This document shows, piece by piece, positions 38,298 to 47,873 of a stretch of DNA of 64,000 nt (the first letter of the stretch is position 1; every line of letters begins with the position of its first letter). The notes beneath the pieces were generated by a model. It saw only the letters and a list, made by a program, of their open reading frames with translations, was not told where the DNA came from and did not search any database. This DNA comes from Nitrospirota bacterium (lineage in GTDB: Bacteria; Nitrospirota; Nitrospiria; Nitrospirales; Nitrospiraceae). Position numbers and translations under genes: made by a program. The stretch spans positions 160,001 to 224,000 of the forward strand of contig CAVPBK010000005.1 of assembly GCA_963701855.1 (NCBI GenBank), in the 5' to 3' direction.

Positions 38298-38969
38298 GTG
38301 GGACCTACCGACGAATTTGAATTGGAAGCCCGGCGCCGTGGCTATCGCTGTATTGCCGGTCTGGATGAAGCCGGACGGGGCCCTCTGGCAGGCCCTGTCG
38401 TCGCAGCGGCGGTGATCCTGCCCACTCGGTGCCGTTTGGTCGGTGTCGATGATTCAAAAAAAGTCACTGCGCCTGAGCGAGCGCGCCTCTACGACGTTAT
38501 TGTTCGGCGGGCACGTGCGGTCGGTGTAGGGGTCGCTACAGAGCAGGAGATCGACCGCTTCAATGTATTAGAAGCGACCCGCCTGGCCATGCGTCGCGCG
38601 CTGGCATCGTTGACTCCCCCAGCAGACTGTCTCTTGATCGATGCGGTCACTTTGTCGCATCTCGCCATTCCTTCACGCTCTATTATTAAGGGTGATACAT
38701 TGTCGATATCGATTGCTGCCGCATCGATTGTGGCCAAAGTTACGCGCGATCGCATGATGGTGGTGTACCATCGGACCTACCCAGACTATAATTTTCTTTC
38801 CCATAAAGGGTATGGGACGGAAGAACATTTACAGCGGCTCGCTCAACATGGCCCCTGCGCGATTCATCGGCGCACGTTTGCTCCAGTCGCGCAGCTCTTG
38901 GGTGGAAGTAGCGGCAGGTGGCCGCTCTTGCATACTGGCCAGGACGAATCTTCACGGATGGATCAGTGA
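38298..38969 (+). CDS. rnhB: Ribonuclease HII
   Basis: GLDEAGRGPLAGPV, DSKK, AASIVAKV, KGYGT. Confidence 0.97.
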   Translation: MGPTDEFELEARRRGYRCIAGLDEAGRGPLAGPVVAAAVILPTRCRLVGVDDSKKVTAPERARLYDVIVRRARAVGVGVATEQEIDRFNVLEATRLAMRRALASLTPPADCLLIDAVTLSHLAIPSRSIIKGDTLSISIAAASIVAKVTRDRMMVVYHRTYPDYNFLSHKGYGTEEHLQRLAQHGPCAIHRRTFAPVAQLLGGSSGRWPLLHTGQDESSRMDQ

Positions 38970-39358
38970 CCATTCTCGACCCCCGGAAGATTTTTGGTCA
39001 AGCAGGGGAATCGGTGGCAGAGGAGTATCTGCGGCATAAGGGGTATCGGATCGTGGCACGCAATCTGCGTTCGTCGGTCGGAGAGCTGGATTTAGTGGCT
39101 GAAGATGGCCAGATACTGGTCTTTGTCGAGGTGAAGGCGCGCCGGACCGACGCGTTCGGCGGAGCCATCCATGCCGTCCATCAACGGAAGCAGGAGAAGT
39201 TGATCCAATTAGCTGCTCAGTATTTGGCCCGCCACCACGTGAAAGATCGGCAATGCCGATTCGATGTTGTCTTGCTGCAAGGCACGGATGCCGTCGCCCC
39301 AAAGATTGAGCATATTCAGAATGCCTTTGAAGTGTCCGGAGACGATCTCCGCTGGTAG
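38966..39358 (+). CDS. yraN: YraN/UPF0102 family nuclease
   Basis: GELDLVA, FVEVKAR, RFDVV. Confidence 0.92.
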   Translation: MTILDPRKIFGQAGESVAEEYLRHKGYRIVARNLRSSVGELDLVAEDGQILVFVEVKARRTDAFGGAIHAVHQRKQEKLIQLAAQYLARHHVKDRQCRFDVVLLQGTDAVAPKIEHIQNAFEVSGDDLRW

Positions 39359-39365
39359 TGCGGCG

Positions 39366-40034
39366 ATGATTCAATTAATCCACGTTTCGAAACAGTACGA
39401 TCAGCGGCCGGCGCTCTCGGACGTTACGCTTGAGATCGGCAAGGGGGAATTTGTCCTTCTCATGGGGCCCAGTGGAGCGGGCAAATCGACGCTGTTGCGG
39501 ATGCTCATCGGGGCCGAACGACCCGATGAAGGGCAGATCTTCGTCCACCAGAAAAACGTGACGACGATCAAGTCGTCTGACGTTCCGTATCTGCGTCGCA
39601 AGGTGGGAACGGTGTTTCAAGACTTTCGGCTGTTGCCGAAGAAGTCCGTCTTCGACAATGTTTCGCTGCCTCTGTTGGTGCAAGGAATTTCCTCTGCTGA
39701 CATTCGTCGAAAAGTCACGGAGGCGTTACGGGCGGTCGGTGTCGAGCACAAGCGTGATCAGCTTCCTGCGGGCCTCTCGACAGGAGAGCAGCAGCGGGTG
39801 TGCATTGCACGCGCGATTGTGAATGGTCCGGTCGTCTTGTTGGCGGATGAGCCGACAGGAAATTTAGATCCTGCTCTGACGTCTGAGATCATCGAATTAT
39901 TTAAACTCATTAACGCGCGCGGCACCACTGTCGTGGTAGCGACGCATGATCCTTTGGTTATGGAACAGGTGAATCGGCGGGTACTCACCTTATCACAGGG
40001 CCGGTTGCTGCCGGAACAGCGGGTGAAAGGGTGA
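39366..40034 (+). CDS. ftsE: Cell division ATP-binding protein
   Basis: GPSGAGKS, VFQDFRLL, ADEPTGNLD. Confidence 0.95.
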   Translation: MIQLIHVSKQYDQRPALSDVTLEIGKGEFVLLMGPSGAGKSTLLRMLIGAERPDEGQIFVHQKNVTTIKSSDVPYLRRKVGTVFQDFRLLPKKSVFDNVSLPLLVQGISSADIRRKVTEALRAVGVEHKRDQLPAGLSTGEQQRVCIARAIVNGPVVLLADEPTGNLDPALTSEIIELFKLINARGTTVVVATHDPLVMEQVNRRVLTLSQGRLLPEQRVKG

Positions 40035-40930
40035 GGACGTTCTCGTATCTCCTCAGAGAATCCTGGGTCAATATGCGGACCAACCGGACGACGACGATGG
40101 TCGCCATCTTGACCACGGCCTTTACATTGGCTTGTGTCGGCATCTTCTTGCTGCTCTATGTCAATCTGCGGGCAGCGGCCGGATGGCTTCAAGACGATGT
40201 CAAGATCATGGTGTATCTCGATGATCGGCTTTCCTCCAATTCGGTCGCTGAGGTGGAGCAGCGGTTGCGGGGCGATCGTGCCGTCGCCTCGCTGCTGTTT
40301 ATCTCGAAAGAGCAGGCCCTGGGAGAGTTTAAAGCGCAATTTCCTTCAGAGTCTCACTTGCTCGAGGGGTTGGGTCAGAATCCTCTTCCGGCCTCCTTCG
40401 TTGTGGCACTCAGCCCATCATTCCGTTCGCCGGATGCGGTCAAGCAATGGGCGGAGCGGGTCAGGCAGGTCGCCGGCGTTTCCAAGGTCGACTATAATCA
40501 AGATTGGATCGACGCCCTGGCGACGGTGATTCGATCGATTGAGTTGGTCGCCATCGGCATCGGCGTCATTCTCTCGGCGGCTGCCGTGACCATTATCGCC
40601 AACACGATTCGCCTCACACTGTTTGCCCGGCGGGACGAGATTGCAATTTTGCGTCTCATCGGGGCTACGACCAGTTTCATCCGTATTCCATTTCTGCTGG
40701 AGGGCGCGGTGCTTGGCGCTTTGGGCAGTGCACTTTCACTGGTCATGCTCAAGTTCATGTATGAATTGTTTCGGCAGCAAATGCGGACAACGGGACGATT
40801 TGCCGGGCTCGACAACCTCATGGCATTCTTTCCCCCATCAGTCTGTTTTGCCTTAATTGCAGTGGGGATGGGGCTCGGGTTTGCAGGTAGTTTCGTGTCG
40901 ATACGGCGTTTTGGCGAGGCCAAAGCATGA
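40031..40930 (+). CDS. ftsX: Cell division permease
   Basis: NPLP, NTIRL, LIGAT, PFLLEG. Confidence 0.95.
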   Translation: MRTFSYLLRESWVNMRTNRTTTMVAILTTAFTLACVGIFLLLYVNLRAAAGWLQDDVKIMVYLDDRLSSNSVAEVEQRLRGDRAVASLLFISKEQALGEFKAQFPSESHLLEGLGQNPLPASFVVALSPSFRSPDAVKQWAERVRQVAGVSKVDYNQDWIDALATVIRSIELVAIGIGVILSAAAVTIIANTIRLTLFARRDEIAILRLIGATTSFIRIPFLLEGAVLGALGSALSLVMLKFMYELFRQQMRTTGRFAGLDNLMAFFPPSVCFALIAVGMGLGFAGSFVSIRRFGEAKA

Positions 40931-42114
40931 GGTATTGGACGGAGTTCCTGGTCGGAGTCGCGATCTGGGGGTTGCTGGGTCTTTCCTGGACGGCGTTTGC
41001 GGTTGCCGACCCGATTACCGACAAGATTGAGAAAGAACGTAAGGTCCTCGATCAACTCAAAGATCAGATCGAAGAGACACGCAAGCAGGCCGATGAAGCA
41101 GGGAAAAAACGAGAGTCTCTCCTGCAGGGGATTCAGACACTCGACGAACGAGTGGTGCACTATCGACAGGCGCATCAGGATATTAGCCGAAAACTGCGAA
41201 TGAAAGACCAAGAGATCGAGGTTATCAATACACAACTAACTGGTTTGCGTGGTAGTGTGCGAGAACGTCAGGACGCCATTCTTGCTCGGCTAAGGGTTCA
41301 GTATATGGAGGGCCGTTTTGGATATTGGAAAACCTTGCTGGCCTCTGACTCATATGGTGATTTCCAGCGCCGGCTCCAGTATCTCTCGGCCGTATCCGAA
41401 CGGGATTATGCCCTCATGGGCACATTCCGTGCCGATATGACTCGTATGGAGCAGGCGGAGCGGCTGAGGGAGGAGGCGCGAGTCGGGATGCTGTCGTACA
41501 AGCAAAGTACCGAGAAGCAGCTGGCTGAGATGAAATCGGTCAAAAAAGAAAAGAAGGTCTATCTCACCAAGATCACTCATCAAAAAGAGTCCTACGAACA
41601 TGCCCTCCAAGAGTTAGAACGATCCGCGTCGCGCATCGACAGTCTGCTGCGTGAATTGGAGCAGCGCCGTCGCGCAGCCGCGGTTCGACCTCCGACCGGG
41701 GCGATCGCCCCTCGTGGGGTGAAGGGTGCGCTGCCGTGGCCAGCTGATGGGAGTATCGTCTCCTTCTTCGGACGTCAGAAACATTCGACTTTCAACACCT
41801 ATGTGCAGCGCAGAGGTATCGAAATCAAGACAGCCGAAGGGAGCGCCATCCACGCGGTGATGCCAGGGTCAGTCGTCTATGCAGACTGGTTGAAAGGATA
41901 CGGACTCGTTATAATCCTTGACCACGCAAATGGGTTCTTTTCGCTATATGCTCATGCCTCGAAGATACTGGCAACGGTGGGAGCGCAGGTGGGAGCCGGG
42001 CAAGCGATCGGCGAAACCGGCGACACGGGCATGACGGGTGAAAATACTCTATACTTTGAGTTGCGCCAGGGAGCGGAGCCTCTTGATCCTCTCCAATGGT
42101 TGGCGAGGCGGTAG
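40927..42114 (+). CDS. envC: EnvC-like murein hydrolase activator
   Basis: Coiled coil plus degenerate M23 domain (LYFELR); follows ftsEX. Confidence 0.88.
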   Translation: MRYWTEFLVGVAIWGLLGLSWTAFAVADPITDKIEKERKVLDQLKDQIEETRKQADEAGKKRESLLQGIQTLDERVVHYRQAHQDISRKLRMKDQEIEVINTQLTGLRGSVRERQDAILARLRVQYMEGRFGYWKTLLASDSYGDFQRRLQYLSAVSERDYALMGTFRADMTRMEQAERLREEARVGMLSYKQSTEKQLAEMKSVKKEKKVYLTKITHQKESYEHALQELERSASRIDSLLRELEQRRRAAAVRPPTGAIAPRGVKGALPWPADGSIVSFFGRQKHSTFNTYVQRRGIEIKTAEGSAIHAVMPGSVVYADWLKGYGLVIILDHANGFFSLYAHASKILATVGAQVGAGQAIGETGDTGMTGENTLYFELRQGAEPLDPLQWLARR

Positions 42115-42140
42115 GGAACGGGAAGAGGAAAGGACATTCG

Positions 42141-43514
42141 ATGATGGAACAGAACCCCCAACGACGATTCTGGATGTTAGGCCCGATGGTGGTAGTGGCG
42201 TTGGTTTTTGGCGTGCTGCTCGGCAAGGGGTGGGAGCGGACAGGGCATGCCACGGAAACCTACGAAGAGTTGAAGACGTTCTCTGAAGTGTTGACTCAAG
42301 TTCAGAAGAGTTACGTCGACGAGACGAAGGTGAAGGATCTTGTCCAGGGGGCAATTCGTGGGATGCTCTCAACCCTCGATCCGCATTCGGCCTATATGAC
42401 GCCGGAGATGTATAAGGAAATGCAGGTTGAAACGAAGGGTGAGTTTGGGGGCGTGGGCATTCAGATCGGGGTGAAGGAGAACCGTTTGGCAGTGATTGCG
42501 CCCATTGAGGGTACGCCGGCCTATCGAGCTGGGGTCAAGGCAGGGGACTTCATTACCAAGGTGAACGACGAGACGACCAAAGACCTTACGTTGATGGATG
42601 CGGTTCAGAAGATGCGTGGACCCAAGGGCTCGAAGGTCAACTTAACGATTCAGCGGGAAGGGATTCCCGATCCGCTTCAATTTATACTGGTCCGCGATAC
42701 CATCAAGATCGAGAGTGTGAAGTCGAAAGTATTGGACAATATCGGCTACGTTCGGCTGACGCAATTTCAAGAATCGACGGGGCGGGATTTGAGCAAAGTG
42801 CTCAAACAGTTTAAAGAGCAGAAGCTGCAATCGACGATCCTCGATCTTCGCAACAATCCCGGTGGGCTGCTGACCGCGTCCGTTGAGGTCTCCGAGCAGT
42901 TTCTTCCCGGCGGCAAGCTGGTGGTCTATACGAAAGGACGTGAAAGTAAGAAGGATGAGTGGATTGCCAAGGGGAAAGATCAAATGGACGATTCACCCAT
43001 GATCGTACTGATCAATGAAGGATCGGCAAGTGCATCTGAGATCGTGGCCGGTGCCTTGCAAGACTACGGGCGAGCGGTGATCGTCGGCACGACCTCGTTC
43101 GGCAAGGGATCGGTGCAAACGATTCTCCCACTGGGGGATGGGTCAGGACTTCGTCTCACAACAGCCAAGTACTACACACCGAAAGGGCGCTCGATCCAGT
43201 CAACCGGCATTACACCTGATATCGTCGTGAAGGCCCAACCGCCGGTCACGGTCGCCAAGGCAGGTGAGACGAAGGCCGGTGAAAAAGAAGGGGAACCGAA
43301 GCAGGCCAAGCCTGCGGTCGTGCCGGGAAAAGATCAACCGGCTCAGAATGGCAAAGGACAGGAGGAGGGCACTCCAAAGAACGGCGTCATGCCTCAGCCT
43401 CCTTCTGTTGAAGCTTCTGGCGAGCCCTCGCTTGAGCAGGATGTGCAACTCCAAAAAGCGGTCGAGATGCTGAAGACCTGGAAGATCTTTAAGGAGCTTC
43501 CTCGGCCTTCCTAA
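42141..43514 (+). CDS. ctpA: S41 carboxyl-terminal protease
   Basis: LDPHS, PDZ domain, DLRNNPGG, SASASEI, GKGSVQ. Confidence 0.95.
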   Translation: MMEQNPQRRFWMLGPMVVVALVFGVLLGKGWERTGHATETYEELKTFSEVLTQVQKSYVDETKVKDLVQGAIRGMLSTLDPHSAYMTPEMYKEMQVETKGEFGGVGIQIGVKENRLAVIAPIEGTPAYRAGVKAGDFITKVNDETTKDLTLMDAVQKMRGPKGSKVNLTIQREGIPDPLQFILVRDTIKIESVKSKVLDNIGYVRLTQFQESTGRDLSKVLKQFKEQKLQSTILDLRNNPGGLLTASVEVSEQFLPGGKLVVYTKGRESKKDEWIAKGKDQMDDSPMIVLINEGSASASEIVAGALQDYGRAVIVGTTSFGKGSVQTILPLGDGSGLRLTTAKYYTPKGRSIQSTGITPDIVVKAQPPVTVAKAGETKAGEKEGEPKQAKPAVVPGKDQPAQNGKGQEEGTPKNGVMPQPPSVEASGEPSLEQDVQLQKAVEMLKTWKIFKELPRPS

Positions 43515-43989
43515 TTGAGGGTTGCTGCTGTGAGGCGGTGATCGCCTCCAGCAGCCGCTCTTCCGATCCCGTGAACCCTGGCACTGTGCGTAGGAGGTGC
43601 GATCGCACCAACTGTTCCAGATCGGTCAATGTGGTGATGCCGAGACGGGTATGGAGATAGGCTACGAGCGATTCGGACAGTCCGGGGAGCTGAGTCCAGG
43701 CCTGTACTGCTTCCGGAAGCGGCGTTCTCAAGGTTTCATAGGTTTGAATTGTTCCAGTTCTGAGAAATTCTTCGATTTTGTCCGCCAGGTCCCTGCCGAC
43801 CCCATCAATATCTTCCAGCGCCTGTCGTGAGGCGACGTCTGCAATATCTTCCTCCAAAGCTTCGATGGTATCGGCTGCCCTCCGATAGGCTCTGACCCGA
43901 TAGGGGTTTGCCCGCTGGGTGGACAATCGTTCGGCGATCGATCGAAAAATGGTCGCGACTTGCTGGTTGTGTTGTGGAATGGATATCAT
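43489..43989 (-). CDS. Stand-alone PolX N-terminal helix-hairpin-helix protein
   Basis: NPYRVRAYRRAA, IDGVG..LADKIEE, LPGL; no palm or PHP domain. Confidence 0.8.
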   Translation of the reverse strand: MISIPQHNQQVATIFRSIAERLSTQRANPYRVRAYRRAADTIEALEEDIADVASRQALEDIDGVGRDLADKIEEFLRTGTIQTYETLRTPLPEAVQAWTQLPGLSESLVAYLHTRLGITTLTDLEQLVRSHLLRTVPGFTGSEERLLEAITASQQQPSIRKAEEAP

Positions 43990-44058
43990 AAGCTGTGATG
44001 GCGCTATTCTGACGTGGTCATGGATGTGGAGGCAAGGGGATGGGTACGAGGGGGTTTA

Positions 44059-44088
44059 TTGACAATAGGAATTCTGCTCCCCTAGGAT
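44059..44088 (+). promoter_or_regulatory. Sigma70 promoter of thiSGE (possibly leaderless mRNA)
   Basis: TTGACA-18 nt-TAGGAT, 5-8 nt before the ATGs at 44094/44097. Confidence 0.55.
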
Positions 44089-44093
44089 GACGA

Positions 44094-44357
44094 ATGATGG
44101 CGGAGATAATTCAGATTCAGGTGAACGGCGAACAGCGAGGTTGTCAGGCCGATGCCACCGTGGGAGACTTGTTGCGAGAACTTGCCATCAAGACCGAGCG
44201 CGTGGCGGTGGAGCTGAATTTGGAAATCGTGGATCGCAAGGACTTCGATCACCGAAGTCTAAAACAAGGGGATCGAGTGGAGATCTTGAGTTTTATCGGA
44301 GGCGGTGCGCAAATGGATGTTCAGGGCAAAGGGAGGGGTTGCGTCCATGCAGAATGA
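44094..44357 (+). CDS. thiS: Sulfur carrier ThiS with C-terminal extension
   Basis: [25 protein letters not shown] followed by 16 aa. Confidence 0.92.
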   Translation: MMAEIIQIQVNGEQRGCQADATVGDLLRELAIKTERVAVELNLEIVDRKDFDHRSLKQGDRVEILSFIGGGAQMDVQGKGRGCVHAE

Positions 44358-45120
44358 TCGGTTGATCATTGCCGGTCGTGAGTTTACGTCTCGGTTGTTC
44401 GTGGGGACCGGGAAGTATAAGGATTTTGCCGAAACCAAAAAAGCCATTGAGGCGTCTGGGGCCGACGTGGTGACGGTGGCGGTTCGGCGGGTCAATATCA
44501 CCGATCGTTCCAAAGAGAACCTGCTCGATTATCTCGACCCGAAGAAGTACACCATTCTTCCCAACACCGCCGGCTGTTACAACGTGGAAGATGCCGTGCG
44601 CTATGCCCGCTTGGCTAGGGCTGCCGGCGTGTCGGATTTGATTAAGCTGGAAGTGCTTGGTGACGAGAGGACTCTCTTCCCCGATACGGTCGGATTATTG
44701 GAAGCGGCGAAGATTCTCGTCAAAGAAGGCTTCGTTGTGCTGCCCTATACGAACGACGACCCCATCGTGGCCCAGAAGCTTGTCGACATCGGGTGTCCCG
44801 CCGTTATGCCGTTGGCAGCGCCGATTGGGTCGGGACTCGGTATCCGCAATCCATACAACTTAAAAATCATCATGGAAATGATCAAGGTACCGATCATTGT
44901 CGATGCCGGTGTCGGGACCGCGTCTGATGCCGCCCTGGCAATGGAATTAGGGGCGGATGCTGTACTCATGAACACGGCCATCGCCGGGGCGCAAGATCCC
45001 ATTGCCATGGCCGAGGCGATGAAATACGCAATATATGCAGGCCGGCTTGCGTACAAGGCTGGACGAATTCCGCGAAAACTGTATGCGACGGCCAGCAGCC
45101 CCATCGAAGGTATGCTCTAG
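44347..45120 (+). CDS. thiG: Thiazole synthase
   Basis: [28 protein letters not shown]. Confidence 0.97.
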   Translation: MQNDRLIIAGREFTSRLFVGTGKYKDFAETKKAIEASGADVVTVAVRRVNITDRSKENLLDYLDPKKYTILPNTAGCYNVEDAVRYARLARAAGVSDLIKLEVLGDERTLFPDTVGLLEAAKILVKEGFVVLPYTNDDPIVAQKLVDIGCPAVMPLAAPIGSGLGIRNPYNLKIIMEMIKVPIIVDAGVGTASDAALAMELGADAVLMNTAIAGAQDPIAMAEAMKYAIYAGRLAYKAGRIPRKLYATASSPIEGML

Positions 45121-45245
45121 CAGGATGCTGAAAATGTCCGCCGGCGTCGTTCTCGGCTCATCGAAATCCTCAACGTACCCCTGAGGGTCCGCCTCCGGTT
45201 TCGATTCACCTGCGGCCTTGCTGGACGGTCATTTTGAGCATCCTG
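45121..45245. mobile_element. MITE family A
   Basis: Begins directly after thiG TAG: CAGGATGCTGAAAA...TTTTGAGCATCCTG. Confidence 0.85.
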
Positions 45246-45257
45246 CTTACCATGACA

Positions 45258-45327
45258 AGTGCTGAGCGTAGAGTGCTGAGATAGAAAACAGTATGAGTGG
45301 TGAACGCGTGTACTCAGCACTTCAGCG
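45258..45327. repeat. 7-mer inverted array (GTGCTGA / TCAGCAC)
   Basis: aagtgctgagcgtagagtgctgag...actcagcactt. Confidence 0.6.
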
Positions 45328-45960
45328 ATGCTGACACTCTCTAGCCGTCTTCTTATCGTCACAGATCGCCATCAGACCAACGGGCGTCCGTTGGTTTCCC
45401 TTCTGCAGCGGGTTCTCTCAGCCGCGGCGCCTGCGATTCAACTCCGTGAAAGGGATCTTTCAGCCAGGGAATTCGTGACGCTTGCGCGTGAGGTGCAGAC
45501 CCTGACGGTTTCGCGCGGGTCTCAACTCCTCATCAATGACCGGATCGATGTCGCATTGGCGATGGAAGGAGTCGGCGTCCATCTGCGCAGCAACAGTCTG
45601 CCTATTGTGGTCGCACGGGAGTTGCTGGGGGCACAGCGTCTTCTTGGTATTTCCGTGCATTCAGTAGAAGAGGGGCTGTTAGCACAGTCGCAGGGGGCAG
45701 ACTACATCGTGCTTGGCCCGATCTACGAGACTCCATCCAAACAAGTGTTTGGTCCGCCGCTCGGCATTCACACGCTTGAGAAAGCTTGTCGGCTGATCCG
45801 TATCCCGATTATCGGGATCGGTGGAGTCACTGCAGCGCGTGCGCGTGAGATGCAGTGTGCTGGAGCATTCGGTGCGGCGGTGATCACGGCGATTCTCGGT
45901 GCGGATGATATAGAATCGGCAACGCGCGAGTTACTCGATGCCGTGACGCTCTCCCCGTGA
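45328..45960 (+). CDS. thiE: Thiamine-phosphate synthase (ThiE/TenI family)
   Basis: IQLRE, INDRIDVA, GVHL, GPIYETPSK, IGGV. Confidence 0.88.
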   Translation: MLTLSSRLLIVTDRHQTNGRPLVSLLQRVLSAAAPAIQLRERDLSAREFVTLAREVQTLTVSRGSQLLINDRIDVALAMEGVGVHLRSNSLPIVVARELLGAQRLLGISVHSVEEGLLAQSQGADYIVLGPIYETPSKQVFGPPLGIHTLEKACRLIRIPIIGIGGVTAARAREMQCAGAFGAAVITAILGADDIESATRELLDAVTLSP

Positions 45961-46004
45961 TATGCGCAATGCACGATCATCAGCTGTAACATCTCGTCGT
46001 CCGG

Positions 46005-46033
46005 TTGACCACCCTAGGAACGGGTGATAGAAT
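46005..46033 (+). promoter_or_regulatory. Sigma70 promoter of the proteasome operon
   Basis: TTGACC-17 nt-TAGAAT. Confidence 0.7.
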
Positions 46034-46091
46034 CCGCGAAGACAAGGACTTCTCGATTCAGCAAGGTGTTTCGCATTCTTCGAGTAGCGCC

Positions 46092-47861
46092 ATGGACGGC
46101 AAGAAAGAAAGTCCGAGTCGATTCCGGTCTCTCCGAGATTCCGTCACGCAGATCACGAAGCGGTTGACCGAAGGAGAAACGGGCGTGGCACAACGCAACG
46201 ACGAACATGTTCGCGAAGTTGAAAAGCTTCGGGTGCAGATCCAGTCGATGGAAGAAGAAATCCGCCGGCTGTACCAGTCCCGCTACCAGCTCGACCAAGC
46301 CACTAAACAGAACGAAAAACTCGTCTCCACGCTCCAGGAAGCGAAGTCGCAGATCGAAGCGTTGCGTGGCGAAGTTGAGAAATTGACTGCGCCTCCTTCG
46401 GCTTATGCCATCTTTTCCAGCCTCAATGATGACGGAACCGGGATTGTCTATGTCTCCGGACGAAAAATGAAGGTCAGCGTGCATCCGTCGATCAATGGAA
46501 AGGCGATGCGTAAGGGGCAGGAAGTGATCCTGAACGAAGCATTGAATGTCATTGAGGTTAAAGGTTTCGACATTCAGGGCGAAGTTGTACGGCTCAAAGA
46601 CGTGCTGGAAGGTAACCGTGCCCTGGTGACGTTGCATTTCGACGAAGAAAAGGTGGCAGAACTCGGTGATCCGTTGCTGGCCGAACGATTGAGCGTCGGG
46701 GACCATCTGCTCTACGATCCTCGCTCCGGCTATGTTGTCGAAAAGTTGCCGAGGTCCGAGGCGGAAGAATTGGTATTGGAAGAAGTGCCCGATGTTGATT
46801 ATGAGCACATCGGCGGGTTGCAGCACGAGTTGGAGCAGGTCCGCGATGCGGTGGAGTTGCCGTTTCTTCATCCGACCCTATTTTCAGAGTATAAGTTAAG
46901 CGCGCCCAAGGGGGTCTTGCTCTATGGGCCGCCGGGCTGTGGGAAAACCTTGATCGCCAAGGCTGTCGCAAATTCGATTGCCAAGAAACTCGGGCACCTC
47001 ACCGGCAAAGAAGTGCGGAGTTACTTCTTGCATGTGAAGGGCCCTGAGTTGCTCAATAAGTATGTCGGTGAGTCTGAACGCCAAGTCCGCGAAGTCTTCA
47101 AGAAAGCGAAAGAGCGGGCGGAAGACGGTAATCCTGTCATCGTATTCTTTGACGAGATGGATGCGCTCTTTAGAACGAGAGGCACCGGGATCTCTTCCGA
47201 CATTGAATCGACAATCGTCCCACAGTTTCTCTCGGAAATCGACGGCATGGAACGGCTCCGCAATGTGATTGTGATCGGAGCCAGTAATCGCCAGGATCTC
47301 ATCGATCCGGCGGTCCTTCGCGCTGGACGGTTGGATGTGAAGGTCAAGGTGGGTCGTCCCGATGCAGTGGCGGCCAAGGATATTTTCTCCAAGTATCTGA
47401 GCATCGACCTGCCGTTTGCCGAGGAAGATTTGAAACACCATGGCGGAGACGCCAAGGCCCTAGTCGAGCAGATGACCGATCTCACGGTCGGAGCGATGTA
47501 TGCGTCCTCGGAGGAGAATAAGTTCATCGAGGTCACCTATGCGAACGGTGAAAAAGAAGTACTCTACTTCAAGGATTTCGCGAGCGGTGCCCTGATCGAA
47601 GGCATCGTGTCGCGCGCAAAGAAATTTGCCGTCAAGCGGGCGATTGCGAAGGAAGGCCGTGGCCTCCGGTCCGAGGACTTGATTCGCGCTATTCGGGAAG
47701 AGTTTAAGGAACACGAAGACCTGCCCAATACGACCAATCCTGACGACTGGGCAAAGATTTCCGGGAAGAAAGGCGAGAAGATCGTGCATCTTCGGACGAT
47801 CAGCGGAGGCCCGGGCGAGTCGCGTCAGATCGAAACCGTTACGACAGGGCACTATCTCTAA
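46092..47861 (+). CDS. arc: Proteasome AAA ATPase ARC/Mpa
   Basis: Coiled coil, OB domains, GPPGCGKT, DLPNTTNPDDW, C-terminal GHYL (HbYX). Confidence 0.96.
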   Translation: MDGKKESPSRFRSLRDSVTQITKRLTEGETGVAQRNDEHVREVEKLRVQIQSMEEEIRRLYQSRYQLDQATKQNEKLVSTLQEAKSQIEALRGEVEKLTAPPSAYAIFSSLNDDGTGIVYVSGRKMKVSVHPSINGKAMRKGQEVILNEALNVIEVKGFDIQGEVVRLKDVLEGNRALVTLHFDEEKVAELGDPLLAERLSVGDHLLYDPRSGYVVEKLPRSEAEELVLEEVPDVDYEHIGGLQHELEQVRDAVELPFLHPTLFSEYKLSAPKGVLLYGPPGCGKTLIAKAVANSIAKKLGHLTGKEVRSYFLHVKGPELLNKYVGESERQVREVFKKAKERAEDGNPVIVFFDEMDALFRTRGTGISSDIESTIVPQFLSEIDGMERLRNVIVIGASNRQDLIDPAVLRAGRLDVKVKVGRPDAVAAKDIFSKYLSIDLPFAEEDLKHHGGDAKALVEQMTDLTVGAMYASSEENKFIEVTYANGEKEVLYFKDFASGALIEGIVSRAKKFAVKRAIAKEGRGLRSEDLIRAIREEFKEHEDLPNTTNPDDWAKISGKKGEKIVHLRTISGGPGESRQIETVTTGHYL

Positions 47862-47873
47862 GACGTCATACCC

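Noticed and set aside
43990..44093. TPP riboswitch ahead of thiSGE
   Set aside because: No CTGAGA/ACCTGA...GGGAA core seen; the promoter sits directly before the start codon
46005..46091. ORF-track N-terminal extension of Arc from TTG
   Set aside because: The TTG is the -35 box of a good promoter; ATG 46092 is preferred
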